From positions 1 through 64,000 of the forward strand of contig JANLSU010000111.1 of NCBI GenBank assembly GCA_031362565.1: DNA of 64,000 nucleotides, in the 5' to 3' direction. The stretch is from a bacterium (GTDB lineage: Bacteria > Krumholzibacteriota > Krumholzibacteriia > G020349025). Of this stretch, positions 46,297 to 56,384 are shown in pieces. Position 1 is the stretch's first letter, and every line of letters begins with the position of its first letter. The notes beneath the pieces are model-generated. The model was not told the DNA's origin, made no database searches, and worked only from the letters and a program-made list of their open reading frames with translations. The position numbers and the translations under genes were made by a program.

Positions 46297-46704
46297 TTGG
46301 CCCACTGGCTCGTGAAATCGGATCCCGAAACCTACGGCCTCACCGAACTCGAGCGCGATCGCAAGACGCGCTGGGATGGCGTCGCCAATGCGGTGGCGGT
46401 GCGCCACATCCGCGCCATTCGCAAAGGGGATGACGTGTTCGTGTATCACAGCGGCGGCGACAAGGCGATCGTCGGCGTCGCCCGCGCCACGACCGACGGG
46501 CGCGACGATCCCAAGAATGCCAAGCTTGCGGTCTTCGATCTGCAGTTCGTGCGCCGCCTCGCGTTCCCCGTGCCGCTCGCAGCCGTCAAGGCCGATGCAC
46601 AGTTCGCCGGCTTCGATCTGGTGCGTTTGCCGCGCTTGTCGGTGTTGCCGGTGCCGGCGCCGCTTTGGAAACGCTTGTTGGCAATGGCCGGCGAGAAGGC
46701 CTGA
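46297..46704 (+). CDS. EVE domain protein
   Basis: WLVKSDP, WDGV, YHSG and RLSVLPV; AGGAGG RBS with TTG start. Confidence 0.92.
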   Translation: MAHWLVKSDPETYGLTELERDRKTRWDGVANAVAVRHIRAIRKGDDVFVYHSGGDKAIVGVARATTDGRDDPKNAKLAVFDLQFVRRLAFPVPLAAVKADAQFAGFDLVRLPRLSVLPVPAPLWKRLLAMAGEKA

Positions 46705-46715
46705 AAATAGAAACA

Positions 46716-46745
46716 ACACGGGCGCCCCGCCAAGGGCGCCCGTGT
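46716..46745. terminator. Bidirectional intrinsic terminator
   Basis: ACACGGGCGCCC-6 nt-GGGCGCCCGTGT between convergent genes. Confidence 0.75.
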
Positions 46746-46774
46746 CATTTGGGGCGTGCATGCCACCCAGGATT

Positions 46775-48928
46775 TCAGCCGGCGGACTTCTTGAACTTGT
46801 CGGCTGGAATCGCGTCCGTCGTCAGGCTCGTCGTTTCCGCCGACAAGAACGGCTGGCCGTCCTGCACGATGGACACCTTGTGCGGCAGGAGCAATGCGCC
46901 AACCTTCTTGAAGCCTTCGTAGAACGTCTCGGAGCGCACCGGCGCGCCTTGCATGTTCTTGCTGCGGCCTTCCTGTTTGACCACCAGGCGAGAGGCCTTG
47001 TCCACGAAGACCTTGAACTTCTTGCCGCCCACCGGTGACATGAGCACGACGTCGGTCGCGGCGCCATTGACCGGCTCGGCACCGATCCATTGCGGCGAGT
47101 ACGAGTCCGGATCGCGCAGGTAGGCGAGGAAGTCCTGCGCCACTTGGTCCTTGGCGTCGGCGATGTCGCTCGGATCGAAGTCCTTGGCGCGCGGGCCGGC
47201 CATTTGGAAGCCGGTGTTCGCGGGCCCGCTGAATACCTCGACCATCTTCTGGCCCATGACTTCGATTTCTTGGCGCGTGTTGCCGGGATACTGGCGATAG
47301 CGCGTCAGTTTGCCCGGAATGGTCTGGCCCATCACCGACAGCGTCAGGGACTGTTGTTCGGTGATGTTGGTGAGCTTGCGGAGGGCGTCGCCGCCGCCGA
47401 GCGCTTTCGTGGCCTCGGCGAGCACCGTCTTGCCCTTGGCAAGCGTCTCCGGCGTCGCCACCGGATATTCCTCGACGACCGCCGGTTCGGGAATCGTCAC
47501 GTCGATCGTGTCCACCTTGCCGAGCGATGTGAGCGGCGCACCGAAGTCGGCCGCCTTGCCCACGACCAGGACCGCGAACTGATCCGGTTGCAGGTACTTG
47601 CCGGCGGCCGCTTTCACCTGGTCGATGCTGACCGCTTCGATCCGCTTGGCGAATTGCTCCAAGAAATCCGCCGGGTAGCCGTTCCGTACGTAGTTGATCT
47701 GACGGTTGACGATCGCACCTTTGTTGGTGAAGTTGAACACGTAGGAGTTGAGAATGCTCTCCTTGGCGCGTTGCAGTTCTTCCGGTGTGATCGACTGCGT
47801 CTTCATCTTGCGCACTTCATCGATGCACGCCTGCACGGCTTTGACCGTCGTTTCCGACTTGGTGCCGCACGACACCATGAACATGCCCGGATACTGCAAG
47901 CCGGCGCCGAGCGACGAACCGACGTTATACGACAATCCCTGCCGGGACCGCACTTCGCTGAAGAGCCGCGATCCAAACCCGCCGCCCAGCACTTCGTTCA
48001 TGACGCTCAAGGCGTAATAGTCCGGGTCCTTTTGCGTCGTGCCGCGGTGGCCCATGGCGATGTTGGATTGGTTGACGCTCTCCTTGACCACGAGATCGAG
48101 CGACGGCGTCGTGGCCGGCACCGGCGGGATCTCGGGGTACGCGACCGCTACCTTGGGCCATTCACCCAGCACGTTGCGCACCCGTTCGATGGCCTGCTTG
48201 GCATCGAAGTCGCCCCACACGGCGAGGTACGCATCCTGCGGGTGGTAGTACTTCTGGTGAAACGCCACGAGATCGTCGCGCGTCATATGCGCCAAGTCTT
48301 CGTACTCCATCTGGCGCGCGAACGGATGCTCGGCTCCGAAGAGCAATTTGTCCATTTCGCGGCTGGCGATACCGCTCGGATCGTCGTTGCGGCGCGCGAT
48401 GCCCGAGCGCGCTTGCTTGAGTTCCAGATCGATCTTGTCGGCGGGATAGGCCGGCAAGAGCAGCAGGTCGCGCAGCATCGCCAGCGACTTGTCCATGTCT
48501 TCGACCAGGACATTGACGCTCACCGTGGTCGTCAGCTCGGAAGCACTGGTTTCGATCGCGCCGCCCATGTTTTCCAGCACTTCGTCCATGTGGTCGCCGG
48601 GCACGACTTCAGACCCGCCGGAACGCAGCACGTCGGCGGTGACTTCGGCCAAGCCGATCTTGCCGGCCGGGTCGAACGCCGTCCCGGCCTTCATCGTCAG
48701 CGTCAAACGGAAGAGCGGCAGCTCGTGATCCTCGATCATGAAGACCTGCAGGCCATTGTCCAGCGTCACGCGCTGCACTTGTGGCGCGACGATGTCGCGC
48801 AGCTTGGGCGTCTTGATCTTCTGGTAAGGCTTGGCCCCGGCAAGCGCGAGCCCCGGCGCGGCGATGGCCGCTGCGACGATGGCCCCGGTGACGGCACCGG
48901 CGATGATGCGGAATCGGTTCGTGTTCAT
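46775..48928 (-). CDS. M16B peptidase, non-catalytic subunit with extra C-terminal domain
   Basis: Signal peptide; TLDNGL, DHELP, no HxxEH, LGGGFGSRLFSEVRSRQGLSY; ~230-aa beta-rich extension. Confidence 0.88.
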   Translation of the reverse strand: MNTNRFRIIAGAVTGAIVAAAIAAPGLALAGAKPYQKIKTPKLRDIVAPQVQRVTLDNGLQVFMIEDHELPLFRLTLTMKAGTAFDPAGKIGLAEVTADVLRSGGSEVVPGDHMDEVLENMGGAIETSASELTTTVSVNVLVEDMDKSLAMLRDLLLLPAYPADKIDLELKQARSGIARRNDDPSGIASREMDKLLFGAEHPFARQMEYEDLAHMTRDDLVAFHQKYYHPQDAYLAVWGDFDAKQAIERVRNVLGEWPKVAVAYPEIPPVPATTPSLDLVVKESVNQSNIAMGHRGTTQKDPDYYALSVMNEVLGGGFGSRLFSEVRSRQGLSYNVGSSLGAGLQYPGMFMVSCGTKSETTVKAVQACIDEVRKMKTQSITPEELQRAKESILNSYVFNFTNKGAIVNRQINYVRNGYPADFLEQFAKRIEAVSIDQVKAAAGKYLQPDQFAVLVVGKAADFGAPLTSLGKVDTIDVTIPEPAVVEEYPVATPETLAKGKTVLAEATKALGGGDALRKLTNITEQQSLTLSVMGQTIPGKLTRYRQYPGNTRQEIEVMGQKMVEVFSGPANTGFQMAGPRAKDFDPSDIADAKDQVAQDFLAYLRDPDSYSPQWIGAEPVNGAATDVVLMSPVGGKKFKVFVDKASRLVVKQEGRSKNMQGAPVRSETFYEGFKKVGALLLPHKVSIVQDGQPFLSAETTSLTTDAIPADKFKKSAG

Positions 48929-50499
48929 TCTCCCTGCGCTCCCTTGCCGTTCGCGCCCTCGGTCACCATCGAACCGACGGTCGAGTTCTCGAGTTCGAGG
49001 TACTTGCGGGCCGCGTCGCGCACTTGCTCGCGCGTCACCGTTTGAATCCGCGCCACCTCGTCGAACACCTTCTGCCAGCCGCCGTGCAGTGTCTCGAACT
49101 CGGCGAGCTGGTTGGCGAGGCCGGAATTACTGCCCAGCCCGCGGATGAAGTTGGCGCGTACTTGGGTCTTGATCCGCGCCAGTTCGTCGTCTGCAATGAG
49201 ATCGGTCTTCAGGCGATCGATCTCTTCGAACGTCACTTTTTCCATCTCTTGCGGGTCGTGCCCGGCGTTCGGCACCGCATAGACCAGGAACAGATTGGGA
49301 TACTTGGTGCCCGGGAAGCCGCCGAACGAGCCCGCCGCGAGCGCGCTCTTGTCCTGCTTCACGAGCCGTTTGTAGAGGCGCGAGGTGCGGCCGTCGCCGA
49401 GCACCGAACCCAACACCGTGAGCGCGGCATCGTCCGGATCCGAATCGGCCGGCCGATGGAATGCGACCCCGAAAATGGGTTGCGTGTCGCCCTTCAGCTC
49501 GAAGCGCCGCTGGCCGTTCTGCTTCGGCTCCACGGTGTGCACGAGCGGCGAATCCGTCCGGTGCGGGATGCGCGCGAAGTATTTCTCCGCCAGCTTCTTG
49601 ACCTCGGCGGGGTAGACGTCACCGACGACGGCGATCACCAGATTTTGCGGCGTGTAGTAGGTATCGAAGAACTTGTGGGCGTCGGAAAGACGCAAGTTCT
49701 CGAGATCCGAGCGGTGGCCGATGCCTTCGCTCTTGTACGGATGGGCCCGGAACGAAACGCCGAGCATTTCCTCGATGAACTGTCCGAACGGCTGGGAATC
49801 GACGCGCATGTTGCGCTCTTCCATGACCACGTCGCGTTCCTTGTAGAACTGCCGGAACACCGGTTCCAGGAAGCGCTCCGATTCCAAGTAGGCCCACAGT
49901 TCGAGGCGGTTCGACGGCAGGCTGTAGTAGTAGTACGTGCCGTCCGACGCGGTGCTGGCATTCAGCCCCACGCCGCCGACGGTATCGATGATCTGGCCGA
50001 ACTCGTTGGTCTCGACAAGGTTGTCGGCCTCCTTGTCGGCGGCGGCGATTTCGGCCCGCAACGTCTTGAGGCGCGTCGAATCGGCGCCGCTGCCCTTGGC
50101 GCGCTCGGCGTACAACTGCATGAAGAGCGCGTCGACCTTGTCGATCGCCTTCTTCTCCTTGCCGTAGTCCTTGGTGCCGATTTCAGTCGTGCCTTTGAAA
50201 GCCATGTGCTCGAACATGTGCGCCAGGCCGGTCTGGCCGGCCGCTTCGTTGACCGAGCCGGCGTTCACCTGGGTCATGAAACTGAACACTGGACTGTCGT
50301 GCCGTTCCATGACGACGAAGCGCAGGCCGTTGGGAAGGGCGAATTCAGTGACGCGGCTCTTGAGCTGGCTCGGGTCCCACTCAGCCGACGACCGGGCGAG
50401 AACGCGGCCCGGGCCCGCGGCCACGACGATTGCGGCAAGCCCCGCCGCGAGCCAGGGCGACGGCCCAGGCCAGCTCGCGCTCCGACGGAAACAGAACAT
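48925..50499 (-). CDS. M16B zinc peptidase, catalytic subunit
   Basis: GLAHMFEHMAFKGT, LNAST and ERDVVMEER; AAGGAG RBS. Confidence 0.93.
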   Translation of the reverse strand: MFCFRRSASWPGPSPWLAAGLAAIVVAAGPGRVLARSSAEWDPSQLKSRVTEFALPNGLRFVVMERHDSPVFSFMTQVNAGSVNEAAGQTGLAHMFEHMAFKGTTEIGTKDYGKEKKAIDKVDALFMQLYAERAKGSGADSTRLKTLRAEIAAADKEADNLVETNEFGQIIDTVGGVGLNASTASDGTYYYYSLPSNRLELWAYLESERFLEPVFRQFYKERDVVMEERNMRVDSQPFGQFIEEMLGVSFRAHPYKSEGIGHRSDLENLRLSDAHKFFDTYYTPQNLVIAVVGDVYPAEVKKLAEKYFARIPHRTDSPLVHTVEPKQNGQRRFELKGDTQPIFGVAFHRPADSDPDDAALTVLGSVLGDGRTSRLYKRLVKQDKSALAAGSFGGFPGTKYPNLFLVYAVPNAGHDPQEMEKVTFEEIDRLKTDLIADDELARIKTQVRANFIRGLGSNSGLANQLAEFETLHGGWQKVFDEVARIQTVTREQVRDAARKYLELENSTVGSMVTEGANGKGAQGE

Positions 50500-50865
50500 C
50501 GTTTCTCCTTGAAAAGCCGTTGGGGTGAAGGCGAAATTCCGTGCGTTTCGCTGCTTGGCGTTGGCGGTGCCGGCAAGCGGCCGCTCCAGGCGCTGGAAAC
50601 GCCGCCATCGTAGTCCACGGGCGCGGCGGGCACAATGCGCCCTGCCGCTTGGTCCAGGGCTCCGCCGGAGCCGGATCGGGCCCGGCGCAACCAGGGCCCC
50701 GGACGGCACCTCGGCCGCGATACAAAGAAATTACCCATCAAACGGGCGCACCCGGGTTAGCTCTTGCGTACAATAGGCTTGTGAGCTCCGTCGCGGCTTG
50801 AAGTTCGTCGAGGGCCGAGGCGGTGTCGGCGGTTTTTTTGATTTCCCCTTCGCGGAGGTTCGGTC

Positions 50866-51294
50866 GTGCGGGTTCTCCAGATTACAACGGCGTCGGCTCT
50901 CGCCTTGGCGCTCGCTGCGAGCGCGGCGTTCGCAGGCGGCAGCTGTTGCGCCAAGAACGTTTCGACAAGCATGTGCACGGCATCGCAGACGGCGTCCTGC
51001 CAGGCGAGCGCCATGAACGGCACCCGCGTCGAGGCGACGCGCCTGTCGTCGGGCGACCTGGTCGTCCACTACATCGGTACGAGCCCCGAGGCGGTCGCCA
51101 TGCTGCATGCCAAGGCGGCCGGTTCTGCCGAAAAGTTCTGCTGCGGGATGACGCAGAAGATGGCGTCGAACACCAATTGCAAGGTCGACATGTCGAAGGT
51201 TTCGAACGGCGTCATCGTTTTCGTGACGTCGCCCAAGAAGGAAGTCGTCGACCAGTACGAGAAGGAATTCGCGGCGCTGACCGCGACCAAGTAA
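50866..51294 (+). CDS. Small secreted Cys-rich protein
   Basis: GGAGG RBS, signal peptide ending AFA, SCC...C...C...FCC...C. Confidence 0.75.
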   Translation: MRVLQITTASALALALAASAAFAGGSCCAKNVSTSMCTASQTASCQASAMNGTRVEATRLSSGDLVVHYIGTSPEAVAMLHAKAAGSAEKFCCGMTQKMASNTNCKVDMSKVSNGVIVFVTSPKKEVVDQYEKEFAALTATK

Positions 51295-51316
51295 TCCGAC
51301 ACGACGGCCGAAACCA

Positions 51317-51348
51317 GCGGGCCCTTTGGTGCGAGCCAAGGGGCCCGC
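51317..51348 (+). terminator. Intrinsic terminator hairpin
   Basis: GCGGGCCCTTTGG-6 nt-CCAAGGGGCCCGC followed by ACCTTT. Confidence 0.7.
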
Positions 51349-51471
51349 ACCTTTGTCCCCCGCATTGCAGCGTGACCGGCAGACCGCGTACCATCTGCCA
51401 TGTTGCGGTTCGGCTTGGCCGAGGGCCCGCATCTTGGGTGATTTCCAGCGATAAACGGAGGTCGGCGCGAC

Positions 51472-52272
51472 ATGGGCCGGATGCACGAAGTGGATTACAA
51501 GATTTTCGGTGACGACATGCAGTTCGTCGAGATCGAATTGGATCCGCAAGAGGCGGTCGTGGCCGAAGCCGGCGGCATGATGTACATGGACGACGGCATC
51601 GCCATGGAGACTATCTTCGGCGACGGTTCGCAGGGGCAGAAGTCGGGCATCATGGGCGCGCTCATGGGGGCCGGCAAGCGGCTCCTGACCGGCGAATCGA
51701 TGTTCATGACCGTGTTCCAGAATCAGAGCACCACCAAGCGCAAGGTCGCCTTCGGAGCACCGATTCCCGGCAAGATCGTCGCCATGCATCTGTCGCAACT
51801 GGGTGGCGAACTCATCTGTCAGAAGGAGTCGTTCCTGGCGGCCGCCAAGGGAGTGTCGCTCGGGATCGCATTCCAGCGCAAGCTCGGGGTCGGACTCTTC
51901 GGCGGCGAAGGCTTCATCATGCAACGCCTCCAGGGCGATGGCTGGGCATTCATCAATGCCTCCGGCGCACTCGTCGAGCGCGACCTGGGCCCCGGTGAAA
52001 TCCTGCGCGTCGACACCGGCTGTCTCGTGGCACTGCAGCCGGCCGTTTCCTACGACATCGAGATGGTGCGCGGCATCAAGACGGCGCTCTTCGGTGGCGA
52101 GGGCCTGTTCTTCGCGACGCTGCGTGGCCCGGGGCGCATCTGGTTGCAGTCGCTGCCGTTCAGCCGCCTCGCCGGGCGCATTTTCGCTGCCGCACCACAG
52201 ACCGGCGGCCGCGGCCACGGCGAAGGTTCGATCCTGGGATCGCTCGGCGGGCTCATCGATGGTGGCCGGTAA
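51472..52272 (+). CDS. TIGR00266 / AIM24 family protein
   Basis: [28 protein letters not shown] and [11 protein letters not shown]. Confidence 0.92.
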   Translation: MGRMHEVDYKIFGDDMQFVEIELDPQEAVVAEAGGMMYMDDGIAMETIFGDGSQGQKSGIMGALMGAGKRLLTGESMFMTVFQNQSTTKRKVAFGAPIPGKIVAMHLSQLGGELICQKESFLAAAKGVSLGIAFQRKLGVGLFGGEGFIMQRLQGDGWAFINASGALVERDLGPGEILRVDTGCLVALQPAVSYDIEMVRGIKTALFGGEGLFFATLRGPGRIWLQSLPFSRLAGRIFAAAPQTGGRGHGEGSILGSLGGLIDGGR

Positions 52273-52282
52273 CCGCGGTTCG

Positions 52283-53401
52283 ATGGCGCCTATCGCGGCA
52301 TCGCTCTTCACTTCCGGCGGTGCGGCGCAGGGACAGCGCGTGCACGTCGAACTGCGCTCGCGCTCGCTGGTGCTGCACGAGGATTCGGGGCACGACACCG
52401 AGGTCGCCTACGCCGCACTCACGCCGCGCTCCGGCGGTTGGAACGGCGCGGCAGTGCTGTTCGACTGGCGCGACGAAACCGGCAACCGGACCCTCGCCGT
52501 ACACGATGCCGCACTCGATGCATTGCGCGCCGCGGCGCCGGACGCGTTGCGCGAACGGCTCGGAAGCCACGCGCGCCGCCAGCGCCGCGGCCCGTCGCGG
52601 GCTGTCTTGCTGGTTGCGGCCGCCGTATTCGTCGCCGCCACCGTACCGGTTTTCGTCTTCATCAACGATTCGGACCGGCTGGTGAACATCGCCGTCGAGC
52701 GCATTCCGCCGGAAATCGAGGCACGATTGGGCCGGCTCACGGTCGAGAGCCTGACGCAGCACCGCACGCCCGCCGGCCTCGCGACGCGGACGCTCGAGGA
52801 TCTCGGCGGGCGTCTGGCCGCGCAAACGGTGTCGCCGTACACGTTTCGTTGGATCCTCGTCGACGATCCGCAAGTCAACGCCATGGCGGCGCCCGGTGGC
52901 ACGGTCGTTGTATTCTCCGGCCTTCTGCGCGCCGCGGAATCGCCGGAGGAATTGGCCGGCGTGCTGGCGCACGAGGTCCAGCACGTGGTCCTGCGGCACA
53001 GTTTGCGCGGTATGGTGCGCGATCTAGGCTGGCGCGCGATGCTCGGAATCGTGTTCAGTGGGGCTGGAGACTGGGGTGGTTCGGCGGCGGGATGGGCGGC
53101 GCAGTTGGGAAGCCTGCGATTCTCGCGCCAGCAAGAAGCCGAGGCTGACGCCGGCGGGGTGCGATTGCTGGAGAAAGCCGGCATCGATCCGCAAGGCATG
53201 GCGACGTTCTTTGCGCGCCTGTCGCGTGACGAACAGCAAATTCCGGCCCTCTTGTCGACGCATCCGGCGAGCGAGGAACGGGCGCAAAAGGTGCGAGCGA
53301 TGGTCGCCGGCGCACCGGCTGCGGCACCGTTGCCGTATGACTGGCGCGCCGTGCGCGAGGAATTGAGCCCTCGGGCCGGCGGCGCGCCGACCGGCAACTG
53401 A
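52283..53401 (+). CDS. M48 family metallopeptidase
   Basis: NAMAAPGG, VLAHEVQH, FSRQQEAEAD and LSTHP. Confidence 0.9.
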   Translation: MAPIAASLFTSGGAAQGQRVHVELRSRSLVLHEDSGHDTEVAYAALTPRSGGWNGAAVLFDWRDETGNRTLAVHDAALDALRAAAPDALRERLGSHARRQRRGPSRAVLLVAAAVFVAATVPVFVFINDSDRLVNIAVERIPPEIEARLGRLTVESLTQHRTPAGLATRTLEDLGGRLAAQTVSPYTFRWILVDDPQVNAMAAPGGTVVVFSGLLRAAESPEELAGVLAHEVQHVVLRHSLRGMVRDLGWRAMLGIVFSGAGDWGGSAAGWAAQLGSLRFSRQQEAEADAGGVRLLEKAGIDPQGMATFFARLSRDEQQIPALLSTHPASEERAQKVRAMVAGAPAAAPLPYDWRAVREELSPRAGGAPTGN

Positions 53402-53456
53402 ATCGCGCCTTCTTAGGGTCCGCGAAGGGCCGCAGGGTCAAAATACGGGAGTCGCA

Positions 53457-53927
53457 ATGCCGACGTATGACTACGAGTGTGACAACGGTCACCACTTCGA
53501 ACTATTTCAGTCGATGAAGGACGAAGCGCTCACGACGTGCACCCAGTGTGACGCCAAGGCGCGGCGCATCATCGGTCCCGGGGCCGGTTTCATTTTCAAG
53601 GGCGGCGGCTTCTACATTACCGACTACCGTTCCAAGGACTACAAAGAGAAGGCCAAGTCCGAGTCGTCCGGCGACGCCGGTTCGAGCAGCAGCAAAAGCT
53701 CGCCGGCGGAAAGCAGTGGATCGGCGGGGACGGCCGACAGCGCGGGCTCGAGCGGCAAGTCCGATGGGAGCAGCAAGCCGGGTTCGAGCGGCGACGCGGG
53801 CAGTAGCGGCAGTTCATCCGGCAAGAGTGGTTCGGCGGACAAGGGCGGAGCTTCGGGGAGCGGCAAATCGTCGGGTGACAAGGGCGGCAGTTCGGGGTCG
53901 GGGTCGGGTTCGAGCGGCGGCTCGTGA
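53457..53927 (+). CDS. FmdB-family zinc-ribbon protein with Ser/Gly-rich tail
   Basis: MPTYDYEC...C..C...FKGGGFYITDY. Confidence 0.9.
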   Translation: MPTYDYECDNGHHFELFQSMKDEALTTCTQCDAKARRIIGPGAGFIFKGGGFYITDYRSKDYKEKAKSESSGDAGSSSSKSSPAESSGSAGTADSAGSSGKSDGSSKPGSSGDAGSSGSSSGKSGSADKGGASGSGKSSGDKGGSSGSGSGSSGGS

Positions 53928-53962
53928 ACGATGTGGGTGGTGGCGCCGGCGCCGCCTCCGCC

Positions 53963-54808
53963 TTACGGTTCGAGTTGCGACAAGATCGCCAGCGGCCTGA
54001 GAACATTCAACGCGAATCCCGCCAACGTCATCGCAAAAAGCGCCAAGGCGACAAGCTGCGTCGTACGGCCTTCACGCCGCTCGCGTTGCGACGGCAACCA
54101 GTGGCCGAGCAGATAGCCGCTGGCGATTCCCCCCACGTGCGCCAAGTTGTTGACGCCGGACATCATCAAACCAAAGAGCAGGTTGATGACGATCGTCTGC
54201 ATCAGTGGGCCTGATGCGATCTCACTCCAACTCGTGCGCTGGCGCCGCGTGAAGGCCAGCACCGCGCCCATGATGCCGAAAATGGCTCCCGACGCGCCAA
54301 TCGACGGGTGCGCTCCCATGGCATTCGAGAGCACGAAACCGGCGGCACCCGTCAACGTGAAGAGAATGAAGAACCGCGCCCGCCCGAAGAGTTCCTGTGC
54401 TTCGGGCCCGAGCCGGCGGATCCACCAGAGGTTGAAAAAAATGTGCAGCAAGCCGCCGTGCAGGTAGATGGCGGTCAGAATCGTCCACCAACGCCCCTCG
54501 CCGATCGCGATTCCGCCCGTCATCCCAAGTTTGTAGAGCGCCAACCCACTCGGTGAGAGCAAGTTCAACAGCCCGCGCGACTGCATCGCGCCCGGCAAAT
54601 CGATCAAGAGGCCGATCACATACAGCACGGCGCAGGCACCGATGATGCCCGGCACGAGATCCATGCGGGCGCCGAACAAACGCTGCAGCGCCGGGGTCGC
54701 ACCCCACAGACCGGGGCGCACCGTGCCGCAATAGGGGCAACGCGGCTCATCGGCGCTGATGAGCTTGCGGCAGTTTGGACAGAGCATCGCGTTGCCGCGG
54801 CCGGCCAT
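53963..54808 (-). CDS. Rhomboid intramembrane serine protease with N-terminal zinc ribbon
   Basis: CPNC...CPYC; HGGLLHIFFN, GASG and AHVGG. Confidence 0.92.
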   Translation of the reverse strand: MAGRGNAMLCPNCRKLISADEPRCPYCGTVRPGLWGATPALQRLFGARMDLVPGIIGACAVLYVIGLLIDLPGAMQSRGLLNLLSPSGLALYKLGMTGGIAIGEGRWWTILTAIYLHGGLLHIFFNLWWIRRLGPEAQELFGRARFFILFTLTGAAGFVLSNAMGAHPSIGASGAIFGIMGAVLAFTRRQRTSWSEIASGPLMQTIVINLLFGLMMSGVNNLAHVGGIASGYLLGHWLPSQRERREGRTTQLVALALFAMTLAGFALNVLRPLAILSQLEP

Positions 54809-54985
54809 CGAACCTCCCTCCCGGGGCGCATTGTAGCCGTGCACGGTGTTTCTGTGCGCGTCGAATGCCGAGCCTCGAAGTGGGGGAATTCGCGCCGCCT
54901 CCGCCGGGCGCGGGCTGAATGACGCGAAACGGGATCCGGACAAGGAACAACGCGGCACCAACGGCTCTTTGGCAACACGACCGCG

Positions 54986-55000
54986 TGGCGCGCGCCTTGC
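54986..55000 (+). promoter_or_regulatory. Sigma-54 promoter of the PEP-CTERM gene
   Basis: TGGCGCGcgccTTGC with exact -24/-12 spacing, 70 nt upstream of the start. Confidence 0.7.
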
Positions 55001-55069
55001 GCTGTTGCGACGTCGAGACACGGCGGGCGCCGTGCTCGCTGTCGATGTCCGAGTCCCGGAGGCCCCGAG

Positions 55070-55660
55070 TTGCGAAAACACCGCCTCGCTCTCTTCTGCG
55101 TACTGTCCGTGTCACTCGCGAGCGCCGGCGCCGCGTCGGCGGAGCCGGTGTCGCCAGTGGTCACAGGGACCGCTCCTTCGGTCCTGGATGACGTGTTGCG
55201 GATCTGGAATCAGGCTCCCGCAACCGACGCCGGCGACGACACCCCGGAAGCAATGGACGCGTCGCAACAGTGGTACAACTCGAACAACTCGAACAACGCG
55301 AACGACGAGGATGACGCCACGGATGACGTCACGCCGTCGTACACGGCACCCGACGGCTCGGCGCTGACGCCGAATCTCGACCGCTTGCTGCAAGGCGCCG
55401 GACGCCCGCTCATGCCGAGCGATGGCGTGCGATCTGGCGCCAGCCAGCCGGCGACCGACGCCTACGGATTCACGGCGTCGCCGTACTTCCAAAAGGGCAA
55501 CCAGAATACGCACCAGCCGTCGCATTACACCCCGCCTCCGCCGCCGCGCTGCCCGCCGCCGACGCCGACGCCGGAACCCGGCAGTCTGATGCTCTTCGGT
55601 GCCGCGGCAGTCAGTGCCGCCGCCGCGCGCCGCCGCCGCCGGTCGGGTTCGGGAAACTGA
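55070..55660 (+). CDS. PEP-CTERM sorting-signal protein
   Basis: Signal peptide; low-complexity D/N/T/P body; C-terminal TPEPGSLMLFGAAAV...RRRRR. Confidence 0.88.
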   Translation: MRKHRLALFCVLSVSLASAGAASAEPVSPVVTGTAPSVLDDVLRIWNQAPATDAGDDTPEAMDASQQWYNSNNSNNANDEDDATDDVTPSYTAPDGSALTPNLDRLLQGAGRPLMPSDGVRSGASQPATDAYGFTASPYFQKGNQNTHQPSHYTPPPPPRCPPPTPTPEPGSLMLFGAAAVSAAAARRRRRSGSGN

Positions 55661-55702
55661 ATCGCCTGACTACGGTGCCGCCGTCACGAGCGCTCAAATG
55701 AG

Positions 55703-55744
55703 AATGCCGCCCGGTCACCAACGTGTCCGGGCGGCATTTCGTTT
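55703..55744. terminator. Intrinsic terminator between convergent genes
   Basis: AATGCCGCCCGG...CCGGGCGGCATT followed by TCGTTT. Confidence 0.75.
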
Positions 55745-55769
55745 GTGGTCCGCTTGCTTCGGCCGCGCT

Positions 55770-56384
55770 TCAGGACAGCAATTCGTCCTCGAGCGATGAC
55801 GTGATCAACAACAAGCAGCCGTCGACCGTGAACTGCGGCACATGCACGCTGCCGGCGGCAGCGCGCTGAAAATCGCCGGCGTGCATGACCAGGTCGGCAC
55901 CGACATGCAAATCACCTTCGAGCACGAGGCATTCCTCGGCGTCGGCGTGGCGGTGGCTGGGGTACTGGGTGCCCGGCAGCATTCGCACCAGCATGGTTGC
56001 GGTGCGGCGCGCCGCGTCGAGATACAGCTTCTTGACCGACACGCCGGCCAACACCGATTCCCAATGGCCCTCGGTCGCCCGAACGAGAAATAGATCCTGC
56101 GCCGCCACGTCGCCGGGCGACCAGTTCTTCCACGACTGCACGGTTTCAGTACGCCCTTCGGGAGCGAGGGCGGCGTCCAACACGCGCTGGCGCAAGGCCG
56201 CTGGCGGTGCAACCGGCGTCACGACGGAGGCGAGACTCGCGACCGTCGCATCGTGGGCGCGCAACTCACGCTCGCACTCTTCACAGCCGGTTTGGAGATG
56301 GGTTTGGACCGCCGCGAGTTCCGCCGGGTCGAGCACGCCGAGTGCATAGAGCGGCAGGAGTTCCTGCAGTGACACGTGGTTCAC
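55770..56384 (-). CDS. ChrR-like anti-sigma factor (zinc-binding ASD + cupin)
   Basis: YALGVLD...HLQTGCEEC; cupin YPSHRH...EECLVLEG...GSVH; GTGA overlap with the upstream gene. Confidence 0.85.
   Translation of the reverse strand: MNHVSLQELLPLYALGVLDPAELAAVQTHLQTGCEECERELRAHDATVASLASVVTPVAPPAALRQRVLDAALAPEGRTETVQSWKNWSPGDVAAQDLFLVRATEGHWESVLAGVSVKKLYLDAARRTATMLVRMLPGTQYPSHRHADAEECLVLEGDLHVGADLVMHAGDFQRAAAGSVHVPQFTVDGCLLLITSSLEDELLS

Noticed and set aside
36707..46704. Anti-phage defence island (mug, mazEF, 5'-3' exonuclease, EVE)
   Set aside because: Genes are scattered among housekeeping and envelope genes, with no nuclease/NTPase defence partner or mobility gene.
53660..53927. Ser/Gly low-complexity tail as a novel repeat element
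   Set aside because: Such disordered tails are common in FmdB-family proteins.
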